From assembly GCA_951406725.2 (NCBI GenBank), contig OX597828.1, forward strand, positions 61,876,001-61,940,000: 64,000 bases of DNA, given 5' to 3'. The stretch comes from Octopus vulgaris (lineage: Eukaryota). Each line of letters opens with the position of its first letter. Within the stretch, counting starts at the first letter, position 1. Made by a program: the position numbers and the translations under genes. The notes beneath the pieces are model-generated. The model was not told where the DNA came from. It made no database searches and saw nothing but the letters and a program-made list of their open reading frames with translations. Positions 52,608-64,000 of this stretch are shown piece after piece.

Positions 52608-54560
52608 CACGCTCGCGCGGCGCGTGTGTGAGTCTATGCGCGTCGGTGTGCATCATATAACTCTGATATCATATGCTTGACGTTGTGTCTTGCAGCGCTG
52701 CATAGTCTTGTATTCTTTCCATGTAGACAATAATAAAGTATACGCGCCTTATACAGATGAACATCCATCCCATGCCACTTTATGATTTCCACCTGCGTTT
52801 TCTGTTTCCCTACGTTCAATAATTAACATTTAACCTAAATATATAATTATATGGGTAGTTTGAATTTTCAAAAGAAACCTCGTCTCTCCGTAGGAATTCG
52901 ATTAAATAAACGATTGCAAATGTTTCCCACTGTTTTATTCGAGACCTCATGTCGTTGTTAGCTCCTATTTTAAAGCAATATGGTGATTTTGGAAATATAC
53001 AAAATGGTGAATGGTAAAATCGGTAGAGTGGCAAGTACAAACATCTTGTAATATTTGGTTACGTTCCTTCACGTTCTGAGCTGAAATCCAATCTAAGCGA
53101 TCCTTCAGAGTTTAATTAAGTAAGTATCAAGTTGGATATAATCGGTTACATACTTATAAGAATGGCTCCGAAGCTTGTAAAAGAATCGATACTTGTATTA
53201 CAAAGAAAAATATTGATTTCGTTATAAATGCATTTTGTTGTCTTTTTTCTATTTTTCAGACTTCTGTCATTGTCGAATAATGTTCAGTTATAGATGTATG
53301 ATTGTATGGGTAATATAGTATATATTGGTGCTAAGGTTTATTGCACTGGTTGAGGCTTATATATATATATATACGATAAATGTAAACCAATGTTTGCCCT
53401 AGAAGCGCTGAAATACAAATTGTGAGATACAAATAAGACAATATATTTTCAAACGCACAAATGCTGGTATAAGGGCAGCTATGGAGCACGACTGTTGACA
53501 GAAGCTACACTGAAAAACTGGCGCGTGTTCAATACTGAATTGAAATTTGTGTGGACCAAAAGAAAACAATGAAGAATATTGATTGATTTGCGTAAAAGGT
53601 TGAACGCTTTATTTAAACAATGATTTTTTTTAAAAACTCTATCCTGCTTCTAACCTCTGCCTCTATTTTGCGGACCACTATTCACTGCCCTATATATTCC
53701 CAAGAACACGCCGTAACTATACATGGACAGAAGAAATGGGACTCAGTTTCATATCAGTGTATTTCGGTTGATCGAATTGTATGTGGCGGCTCGTGTATAG
53801 GAACTGCGGAACTGCAGCCCCCCCCCCCCATTTCCACTCGATACTATCGATAACATTCAATATAATGAGCCCTTTGTTTCTTTAATTCTTTCTTTATACT
53901 TGTACATTATATAATCCTTAAGCTTAATGTCAGTAGCTGTCCCCTAGTTTATGAAAAAAATACAAAAATCCTTGTATAGAACAGTTCCAGCGACGCAGTG
54001 TTTGACTGTTGTTGTGTGCATGCTCACATGTCTAAGATAGAAAGCTTCATACTAGGGAGAGAGAGTGCTGCGTGAACGATAGTGCCGGGTGGAAGATAGT
54101 GTTTCTTTTTGACTCCGTGTGTGTTGTGCTTAAAAATGTGTTTATATTCTTGAATGTGATAAAGTGTAGAATTAGATTATTATCCTGCTTCCAGCTAGTG
54201 TTTATGCCAGGATTTGAAAAATAGGGCACATCCCCACCACCACCACCCCATTTTGTGATTTAGGGGGATTTTTGAAAAACAAGGGGGAATTCGCGGGGGT
54301 GTTTAGTGAACAAATTAAGCACACTACTCGGCAGTGGCTAAAACTCGAACCGATCAAGTTTACGTATAAATTTTCTTTTTATATGTTTGTTTCCTTTTAC
54401 ACATTGTGTAAACAACGGCTCAACTTTTCTGAAGCAGCCCCCCGCCCCAATTTTATCTGCGAGCTGTCACTGATCCCGAGTTTAACTCTTTTCCCATATT
54501 TTCATTTTTCCGACAGAGTAGCATTTCTCACTTTTGTATATAGGTGTTTATCTCGATACA

Positions 54561-54713
54561 AAAGTGACGAGCTAGCAGAAACGTTAGCTCGCCGGGTAAA
54601 ATGCTTAGCGGCATTTCACTCGACTTTGCTTTTCGTGATCGATAAAATAAGAACTAGTTGTTCACTGGGGTCGATGTGATCAACTTACCCCCTGCACCAA
54701 AAGTTGAAATCGA
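54561..54713 (+). mobile_element. MetaSINE-like SINE, deleted, 14-bp TSD
   Basis: TSD TTTATCTCGATACA at 54547-54560 and 54714-54727. Confidence 0.8.
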
Positions 54714-55307
54714 TTTATCTCGATACATATACACTGTTTATTCTCTATGAGATCCTTATTTTATCCTCACTGCAAAATGTTTCTTTCTTTGTTACTTTTC
54801 CTTATCACCTAACCAATTAAGTATCTTTATCTATTATATTTAGTTATTTATATATTTTGTCCCCTTTTCTTCCATTCCCTTCCATTTAATAATCCAATTT
54901 AATTACTGCACTCCTTTCATTCACAAGTATTTTATTGCCTCTTTTAATAAATTGTTTGACACCGTTTACAAAATACCTCATTTCATTTATTAACCGAGTT
55001 TCATTATTTCATTTATCTCTTCCGTTTTTCCATCCACAGGTACTTCATCAACCCTTTGACTTCTCAGACTGAAATCCTATAACATAATCTAACAAACATT
55101 TAGCTAGTTCATTTAGTACAAATAATTTCGATATAAATTCGTTCAGTCTTCCATTTTATTCTATTGGTGTATCTTAAGACTCTCCTATTTAATATTCGTT
55201 ACGGTTTCTTTTAATTGTCACCTCACGAACATAAAAACATTAACGGTAGTATATAACGTTGATATTAATACAGCACGCATTACTGTTACATTTAGTAAGA
55301 TTCATAT

Positions 55308-55470
55308 CCGTAGGGCAACTAGGGGTAGTGAGAAGGGTAATTACCTAGGGTGACACTTTTGTGAGAGCTGCACTTTTGGATCTTCTGTATAAGCCTGTAT
55401 AGGTTTGAGATGCTGGAGGAGGGGGCCTCAAGAGTTGCCCCGGACGGCACACACACTGTCTATGCCACTG
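55308..55470. mobile_element. Old hAT-type MITE
   Basis: Ends resemble CAGTGGCGTAG / CTATGCCACTG; imperfect 8-bp TSD ATTCATAT / CCTCATAT. Confidence 0.5.
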
Positions 55471-56341
55471 CCTCATATACATATTCAGTATATTTTCAAC
55501 CATATTTAATTTGACCAACATTTTCTAATTACTAAATCAGTTTAAGCAATAATTTTCTCTCTTCACTCTCTTCTGGTTCTGACTTCTGCCTTTACTTTGC
55601 GGACTGCTATCCACTGCCTTATATATTTCCAAGAACACATACAACTTTAAAATACTCATTCTACCTCGTTCTTGCTATCGATATTATGTGAGGACGATGG
55701 TGGTTGGGTGGATCAAGCGTCAAATACTAAGCCGATGGGTCAGTGGTTCATATTCTGTGAAACTTGCAATCATTTATCTTAACTTTCAACGCCGAATATA
55801 TCATTATCTGAGCAGTTTAACTATCCAATGTGCATCTCTCTTTTTCAAAACAATAGAATGTAATTTGTGAGAGATTTAACTGTTATTTCTAATGATTCAA
55901 ACGACTGGGGCTCTTTCTGTTGGAAGGTGTAGAAGAGCAAAACTGTCGGGTGCTTTTGTTACCTGAATTTAAGTCGACATGCAGCGCCAAAAAACAGATA
56001 GGAAACCGGTGGAACCTATTCCTTTCTTGAACCCCTACAAAGAAAACAGGTTTTCTGTGGGGCCTCAACGACCCATGTAATAATGCAATTATATATCTAC
56101 ATTAAATGTTATTTTGTAAACGTAGGCTAACAGGAAGTGATATGGGCGAGTAGGTGGAAACCATTAAACGCTGGGGGGTGCTCGCTAGTATGAGATGTGT
56201 AGAGCGAGACAGTCATCTCTGCATGGGAATAAGAACTTAAGGTTATGCAGTACAAGTGAAGAGAGCAACAGCGTTTAATACAGAACTAATCTCAGGCTTA
56301 AATTATCAAATATGCATACATGATACATACACATACACATG

Positions 56342-56416
<75 letters not shown>

Positions 56417-57359
56417 CCTGTATGCTTATAATGAAGCATATCGTGATGTTCAAGCCACCAGCTAATTTCACTTCCAGTTCTGTTTCAATATAATAATTAG
56501 GTTTCATTACTTTTTATTTACCCTTTGGTTTCTACATTGATGCAGCTTAGTTTTATAAAAGTCGGCAGTTGACAGCTGCAGCTGAGCATATTACAGTAAT
56601 TAGTCTTGGCACTGGTATCTTCTGTGTTCAAATCGTGCCAGATTCTTTTTAACCCATAAAATTCTCCGATATCAAAAAAAAAAAAAACGTACACGTCACA
56701 TTTATTAGAGATTCAATAATTTTAAGAAGTTGGTGAAAATACACTGACTGCCCTGAACATTATTAATAACACATATGGCTGCGTATGGCACGCGAAGTTT
56801 TGAGCAAAATTGACTCCATTTGGCCCTTTTCGCTTAATACGTTTTTCTTTTTGTTTCGCTTTGTTGTTGTTGCTTTTTGTCGGATTGTACCATGAGATCT
56901 GTGTTTGCGGAGCTCTCTCAGACCGACACTGTCATTTCTGATGCCCCTGAGGTTTGATTTAACGTCTCACGTATTTCACCCTACACTGGCTCCATGAAGC
57001 ACATTGACCTCGAAAGCATCCACCAATAGAATAATCTTAATCAGTTCTCCTTTAACAGAACAAAAATACAAACATTATCGTAGCTCAGCCCACATGAGAG
57101 CACATTACGAAATCCTTCCAGGTTTCTTTAAATGCGAGGATCGATCCTGGCCAACGTATATTCTCAACTTAGCAGATACTGCACCATGAAGACTAAATTT
57201 TTGCCAGGAACAGAAAATACTTTACAACGACAAGTAATAAACCTCTATAAAGCTCAGAGTGGACGCATGATGGAGTCCTGCTTCCCTGTTTTAGACAGTA
57301 CCTCTGCCCCAGAAAGAGACATTCCAAATAAAGTTACTCGAGTGATTGGCGTGAAGACA

Positions 57360-57578
57360 CCTATTTCTTTATTACCCACAAGGGGCTAAACACAGAGGGG
57401 ACAAACAAAGACAGACATAGGTATTAGGTCGATTACATCGACCCCAGTGCGTAACTGGTACTTAATTTATCGACCCCGAAAGGATGAAAGGCAAAGTCGA
57501 CCTCGGCGGAATTTGAACTCACAACGTAACGGCAGACGAAATACCGCTTAGCATTTCGCCCGGCGCGCTAACGGTTCT
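57360..57578 (-). mobile_element. MetaSINE-like SINE (young)
   Basis: Reverse complement closely matches 39776-40008. Confidence 0.88.
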
Positions 57579-57719
57579 AATTTCAAAACTGCTATGGAAA
57601 ACTTTGTCTTATATCTGTCTAGGATTGAGGTAATATGTGCAAATATGGGATGTCAAATATTTATTTTTCTCACTCTGTAACCTTGTTTCTTCAATAGTTT
57701 TTTTTCCTTTTATTGACTG

Positions 57720-57797
<78 letters not shown>

Positions 57798-57801
57798 TCT
57801 A

Positions 57802-57836
<35 letters not shown>

Positions 57837-60044
57837 ATTTCTTTCTCTCCTTCTCTCGCTCACTCTCTATCTCCAGTCATGATCAACTTTGCCTCTCTCT
57901 TTGATCTATTTTTCTATTTTTGTTTCTTTTAGATTCCCATCGATCTTAGTGTTGTCTTTTATGTATAAAATAAGTTCTAAGCATCTTATTTTCTTGCAAA
58001 TACACCGGATTGTTGGTATCAAAGTCGGCAGTTGACAGCTGCAGCAAACTACTTCAGAAAAACGTATTAAGCGAAAAGGACCAAATGGAGTCAATTTTGC
58101 TCAAAACTTCGCGTGCCATACGCAGCCATATTATTACATATCATTACATTCACCTTGTGGTCAATGGTATCAGGAGAGAATTGTTAGCAAGGAATCAAAC
58201 TACTTCAGAAATGTTAGTGAATTCTTTCTGTTATTGGAAATTTTAGTTGTGTATCGGAAACGAAAATAGGGACTTATAGGAAATATTCATCGCCAACTCA
58301 TCTAGTTTTGGATGTACGGATAAGTGGGTCGATAACGTACGGCGCAACTAACCGAGTGGTTGGCAATTCATATCCTACCTTGAGCAAAAAGCTAGTTATC
58401 AGTTGCTGAGTCCACTTAACTATAAAGTTCTTGCTATTTTACCCCAAGTCATCCCTATCATCAAAAAGCATTTCGCCTATGACTACTCCATGTTTAAAGA
58501 AGCATGTGATGGACTACATTATCCAATGCAGCTTTCTTTAAACCTTCTAAACATATACGTTATCAATAACTGATTTGCTGAAGTCAGACCGGTAGGATGG
58601 AATTTGTAAATACAACTTTCGTAATTCGTATATTATATTTACGAATTCCATGCACACTCTATTTTTAATAAGTTTAGAAACCAATTTTCGAAATATTAAT
58701 TTCACGATTCTTGACGGCCTTGGTGACACACTCACACATTAACTACCGTAGGTAAACGGTTAAAGTGACGACAAATTGTAGGAGTCGTTGAAGCGTCGGA
58801 TAAAAATCCTTGTGATATTTTCTTCTTTTCCTTTCTTTCCCTTTCTTTTCCTCCTCTCCTCCTCTTCCTTCTTCTTTTCCTCCTCCCCTTCTTTTCCTTC
58901 TTCTTTTCCTCCTCTCCTTCTTTTCTTTCTTCTTTTCTTTCTCTTTATTTTCTTCTTCTTCTACTTCTTCTTCTTCCTCCTCCTCCTCCTTCTTCTTCGT
59001 TGTAAGAATGGTCATGGAGAGACGCGCGTACAACGTTTCTACCTCATGAAAAGAAAAAGGATTGGACGATAGATGTGTCTCTGGAACCATTCAAGAACGA
59101 CCCGTTGTACAGTGTACAGAACGGAACGGAAAAATTAAAAGTGTTCAAAGTGTAGGCTATGATTTGGAGGTGATTTAGCTGTTTGTTTTAGCGCGGCCAT
59201 GTAGAAAAATATATATCTCAAGATAGGAAATATCAAGTGATAGTGGTTGCTGCTTGGTCAAATTAAAGAATGATTCCTTAAACATCAGTGTCTGCGAAAA
59301 AAGTCAAAAATAACCCCCAGATAATCCACAAAATAAGTGGGTTTATTTTTGTAAAGAGACAGACTGTTTAAGCTGATTGTGATCATAACTGGTTTAAAAA
59401 CGAAAAAAAAGATAATATTTGTCTTGACGAAAAAGAAAAAGCAATCAATCAGTAGGCCTGTCCGAATCACATATTTAACAACGGGGATTAATAAGTTGGC
59501 TAGTATTTGGGAATATGCATGCTTTAGTACGTGGGGTTGCATTTCAGATTAGTATTATTGGCAGACACGTGATTTGATTTATGTGCTTATTTTTCTTTTT
59601 AATGAGTTATCAAAAGAGGCAGATTAGTTCCCAAAATATTTGCTGATTCTTGCAGACTGGAGCGGTTAATTTTCAATTTGAACATCTTGCAGATCGATAC
59701 GTACAGAAAAAAAAACCCTGAGTAGATGCGTTCCAGAATTCTTCAGGAGTTGCAAGATTTGAAAGCTAAGACAAAAGTGAAAAGGACGGCAAAAGGTACA
59801 AAGGTTAATTCAGTGATCCTAGTTGCAGATAGTTTAAGAAGAACAGAGGCCAAAGAAAGGGTGCAGATATAATGGACTGAGAGAGTAAAAGAGAAAATTT
59901 GTAAATCAGTGGTTTTTAGCTTAGTATTCTATCTCAGGCAATATATTTGCACCCTACGGGAAGGTTCTGATAAAGTTTCATCAGCACCTCCACTCATTAT
60001 TGCTCAAACACTAAGCTTACTCCATCATGACACGTATTTCGGCC

Positions 60045-60189
60045 AGTTCTATATTTAAGAGATGAGGAATTGTGTACACTATTTACATTATTTACATTAT
60101 TTACATTCAACGGATATATGGCGTAGTGGTTAGGAGCGCGGGCTACTAACCCCAAGATTCCGAGTTCGATTCCAGGCAGTGACCTGAAC

Positions 60190-60256
<67 letters not shown>

Positions 60257-60406
60257 TCGAAAAATACTTTAGGAATGAGAACCCAGGTTCGAAATTTCCC
60301 CAAGACACCTGAAGAAGGCTGGAGGGTATATCAGCCGAAACGTTATGTTAACAACAAACAAGATGAGGACAAATATCCGTCGAATGTAAATAATGTAAAT
60401 AATGTA
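60045..60406 (+). mobile_element. tRNA-headed SINE-like element with (AAT)n, hammerhead and PLE-type inverted tail
   Basis: A box TGGCGTAGTGG 60119-29, B box GAGTTCGATTCC 60162-73, (AAT)n 60190-60253, HHR 60304-60349, 34-bp inverted repeat 60084-60117 / 60373-60406. Confidence 0.8.
60304..60349 (+). ncRNA. Minimal type I hammerhead
   Basis: gacac CTGAAGA a ggctg-gagggtatat-cagcc GAAA cg TT atgtt. Stem III palindrome ACGT; one mismatch in stem I. Confidence 0.75.
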
Positions 60407-60863
60407 TTATTTCGTCGGTAGTTATTTTGTGACAACGAAAATAAAAGATGTTAGTGAGGTAATGGAAAAGAAAGCCTCTCGCCGCTTTTCTCAAGATATA
60501 GAAACGAAGCCAATAGAATGAGACAAGTCGGTTGTTGGTGAAGGGACTGCGTAGATGTGTGGCTTGCGTTGCAGCGCTTGATAGTGAAAGTGATATTGGC
60601 AAGAATGAACATTGCCCCCGTCATTACAACTGCAGTTGGAGTTGAATTAATGTAATTTTTAAGTAAATTTCCTGTTGCAAGTAGACTTTTTGTTTGGGTG
60701 AGTTTTCTGTTTGATGTGAATTTTTTTCTAAACTTCTCAAACGTACACAATAAACTCTAAATGCATGACTCCATAATTTTGTTGCCCTCTTTCTTTCTCT
60801 CCAACTTACTTAGAATCTCTCTCTTTCTCTCTCTCTTCTCTCTCTCTCTATCTATCTACCTAT

Positions 60864-60902
<39 letters not shown>

Positions 60903-63037
60903 CATAGGCACTCATGCACATAATAGTGACAACTACCAAGAAGAGAGAAATATCTATTACATCTGCCAAGGAGATTAAGTTATTCACGAAGCCAAGAATG
61001 AAGAATATTCATATATTAAATTCAAAAGGCGATAAATCACGGATCAGAGTTATATACTTATTTAAGTGTTTTAACGAGAGTATTCAAGTATTTAAGAGGA
61101 TAACCGTTAATGTGTTAGCTGATACACCTTTATTCGAAATTTGTTATAATTAATGTTTCTTGTTCCCTTTAAAGAAGCATTTTTGGTATTTGTGGCCCCC
61201 AAACAAATGTTCGCCGCCCCCAGAACATAAATTAATTCGAGGATGTATTTATATCGGGTGGATCTAGTGTATCACTTCTTTCCTCTGGGCACTTTGGTTT
61301 CTATACGTTTTGAGAAAGATTTTATTACCATGAGTCATTTATCCCCGAACACTCTGGTTTCCATTCATTTTTCAAATTATTTCAAATTTTATAGAATTTC
61401 AAGAACAAAAAGTAATATATTTTATCCAGTTATAGTTTCAAAGGAAATAAGACTCTTCGCATTTACCGAAATCCGTGCTCTTTATGATATGTTTGAAATA
61501 GACATATGAATGTTATTTACACATTCAATTACAAAATATACTATTAATATTGAATATCTATCAGTTGTACTGTACATTAGACATTGTACTGCTATAAATG
61601 TATTGGGAAAAAGTGTCATTCCTTATATCCAATAGTATTCTATTAACTCGACTATGTCTTTATTAACATCAATTCTGAGTCAATTAAAGCTACTTTTAAG
61701 CTTTGGACAGTATTCTATTAGTATGCAAACGGACATGCATACACATCGTCGTCGTTGTTGGATAAGTCGAACTGAAAAGTTCTCTGATTACTTCAGTTAT
61801 ATTCGTTTCATTTCCTTCTAACTTAGGCTCGCAAGTGGCGGCTGTGGAGAACCAGATTTGATCGAAACATTCGATAGCATTTTCTTCGTGGGATTGTTGG
61901 TATTATATTAACGGAGGCTTGTCTTCTCTTTCTAATTTGACGTATCTGGTAATCCATGTCTTTCCGTTTAACCCAAAGAGTTAACAGCTAATATGGCAGT
62001 TTTCTCCATTGCTTTCTCTCCTTTGGGACAGTTTCGAAATTCTGTTGTGCAATGTAGCTGAGGGTGAAAATTCTCTTCATGATGTCTCTGAACCTCAGTT
62101 GCGATCTCCTATGGTAATGTCAGTTTAGAATAAAAGATGCTCTTTGGGAGTTGTTTGTTCTTCATCTTTTGAACATTACCTATCCAGTATAGTTGATGGC
62201 TAAAGAATATCGCATCGATACTTATCATTTCTGCTTTTATAGGATGCATTTTGTTCCTGTTTGATATCGGGAAGTGACTAAAACTTTAATTAAGAGAACA
62301 ATTCAAATTATTTTATGTGAAATCGATAAGGAGTCCCTGCCCCACGCATAAAGAAATATGGTGGCACATTTCACTCGGTAAACGAACAGCTTCCTGTTAA
62401 TTTTGAATCTGTAGTTCTTGAAGACCCTTTAATTAAGTTCTCTATATGCTGCATGGGCTACATGTAACCTGTTGTTGATCTCACAGTTTACAGTTGCACT
62501 TGAAAATATGTTGAAATCAAGATATAGAAAGTAGGCGGCTTAATTCATTAGGTTGCTTTTGATGGTTATTTCGATCTTTTACTGGGACGATCTTCGGGTT
62601 GATGTCTTGTTGATGTAACTGTTAGGCAATAATATTCATATTCTGAAACCCATCAGTCACATAATTGTCAAAGGTGGACTTGGTTATGATTGAATATAGC
62701 CATTTCATCCGCATACTGCATTTCAATAAAAGTTTTGTGCTCCGATAAAGCGTCGGGCCTCGATTAAGGACACTTTCATTGTACCTGGTTCTGTGCGTAA
62801 AAATGTCTCTCATTTACAGCAGCCAAATAAACCTCACAGAGAAACAGAGAGAAGTGGGTCAGTACTAAGACATTTCCTTACTTCACACGAGTTTTGACCT
62901 CAAAAAAGCTGATACCTGTTCGATAATATACAATGTTATCATGAAGAAAAGAGATGATAACACGGAATTTCAGCGGAAATCCAACCTACTGAAGTATTTT
63001 CAAAAATTTCACGGCATCTTGTGTTAAAAGTTTTAGT

Positions 63038-63300
63038 CTAATCATACAACAATAGATGTAGCGGCTTGTGGAGCTCCTCGGCTTTGTCTTGCAGTTGACA
63101 GATGGCAAAAATTATGTCCACTGTGTGGCAACCAGCAGGTGAAATCAGTTCTGTGATGTAGAAGAGTGCAGATTCCGCTACTGGTAGGAGTCGTGCCAAC
63201 ATGTTTCTTGTAGAGACAATCCATAAAGTTTCCACTGTATGGATTGTCTCTTTCTCTCTAGTTCAGTGATGACCTCAACACTCGTCCTGGCTTAGGAAAC
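63038..63300 (-). pseudogene. Degenerate RTE LINE RT fragment
   Basis: GCHTVDIIFAICQLQDKAEELHKPLH resembles RTE GRSTVDMIF.LRQLQEK..EQ..PLY. Confidence 0.7.
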
Positions 63301-63329
63301 GTTCAAGAAAACCAGCTGGTCAGGTGTCA

Positions 63330-63800
63330 GAAGACGTGGTACCCACTGAATGTACAGAATATTCTCAACTGTCTCACGGCACAAGCTAATAAATAACATT
63401 GGTCATTTGATTTATAGTCAGTCGCCTGCCATCCATTAATATCTGTACAACATAATGTCTTCCTTGGTAGTTGCAGGATATCCAAACATATCTTGACTCT
63501 CCTTTCCCTCCTATATTCAGTTTCCCACTTTTGCACTGTTGATAAAGCTGGAGCATCATCCTTTAATGTAGCGACCACGTTGCCATGAATGTTCTTGGCG
63601 ACTAAATTATTTTTCTGCGGGTATTTGATAAGTTCATGATGCTAAATTTTGTCGATTTTCAAGAAAAGCTACTGCTACCATTTTAAGTATTCTCTGAACA
63701 GTCAAGTGTCAGCTTATTTGGAAAGAAACAATGCAACTATTAATAAGAAAGTTGAAATTAATGCGAGCAAGATTTCATAGCTCTGGCTTCACTCCTTCAT
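63330..63800 (-). pseudogene. Mariner transposase N-terminal fragment
   Basis: IHGNVVATLKDDAPALSTVQKWETEYRRER, a mariner HTH. Confidence 0.75.
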
Positions 63801-64000
63801 AGACCAGCCTAAGCGAATTATGCATGTTGCTTGGGACGTCGAAGAAGTGTAATTATGATCTTTGTTGGTGGGTTGGTGTTGTTCGAGTTTGCATACCAAT
63901 AATCAATTCTTTTTTAACTACTACCAATAATAGGAAAATATTCATCATACCACAAACAACTGTTTTAAGAGAAGACGCATCGAATAATACAAAAACGACC

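Noticed and set aside
53643-55646. About 75-bp diverged direct repeats 1.9 kb apart, considered as LTRs
   Set aside because: No TG..CA ends, PBS or TSD; more likely two fragments of a dispersed repeat.
58743-59090. Glu/Lys-rich 115-aa ORF
   Set aside because: Mostly a purine/pyrimidine simple-repeat tract; no recognisable domain.
60119-60185. tRNA genes (also 5341, 18860-18928, 39617)
   Set aside because: A/B boxes without a full cloverleaf or terminator; these are SINE heads.

Overview
AT-rich, microsatellite-saturated eukaryotic DNA. Its SINE families and (TA)n/(CATA)n/(GATA)n density point to a cephalopod (Octopus-like) genome; this is inference. No host protein-coding gene can be called confidently, only a few weak candidate exons. 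Nearly all listed ORFs are microsatellite artefacts or transposon debris. Recognisable elements: a full-length frameshifted mariner (14742-16027) plus mariner fragments; a very young non-coding LTR element with a tRNA-Trp PBS (19044-21539); RTE/BovB-like, HERO-like and CR1-like LINE fragments; several Penelope-like (PLE) RT/GIY-YIG remnants with inverted terminal repeats; many tRNA-derived SINEs. The main unexplained signal is about 15 type-I hammerhead ribozyme (HHR) motifs from about 10 unrelated small repeat families. Most have a palindromic (dimer-type) stem III and sit in fold-back insertions beside TA/TG microsatellites. They include compensatory core variants U3:A8 (48411-48457) and G3:C8 (49397-49447), and a tRNA-headed SINE-like element that ends in an HHR with a PLE-type inverted tail (60045-60406). 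All structures were folded by eye; none was tested computationally.
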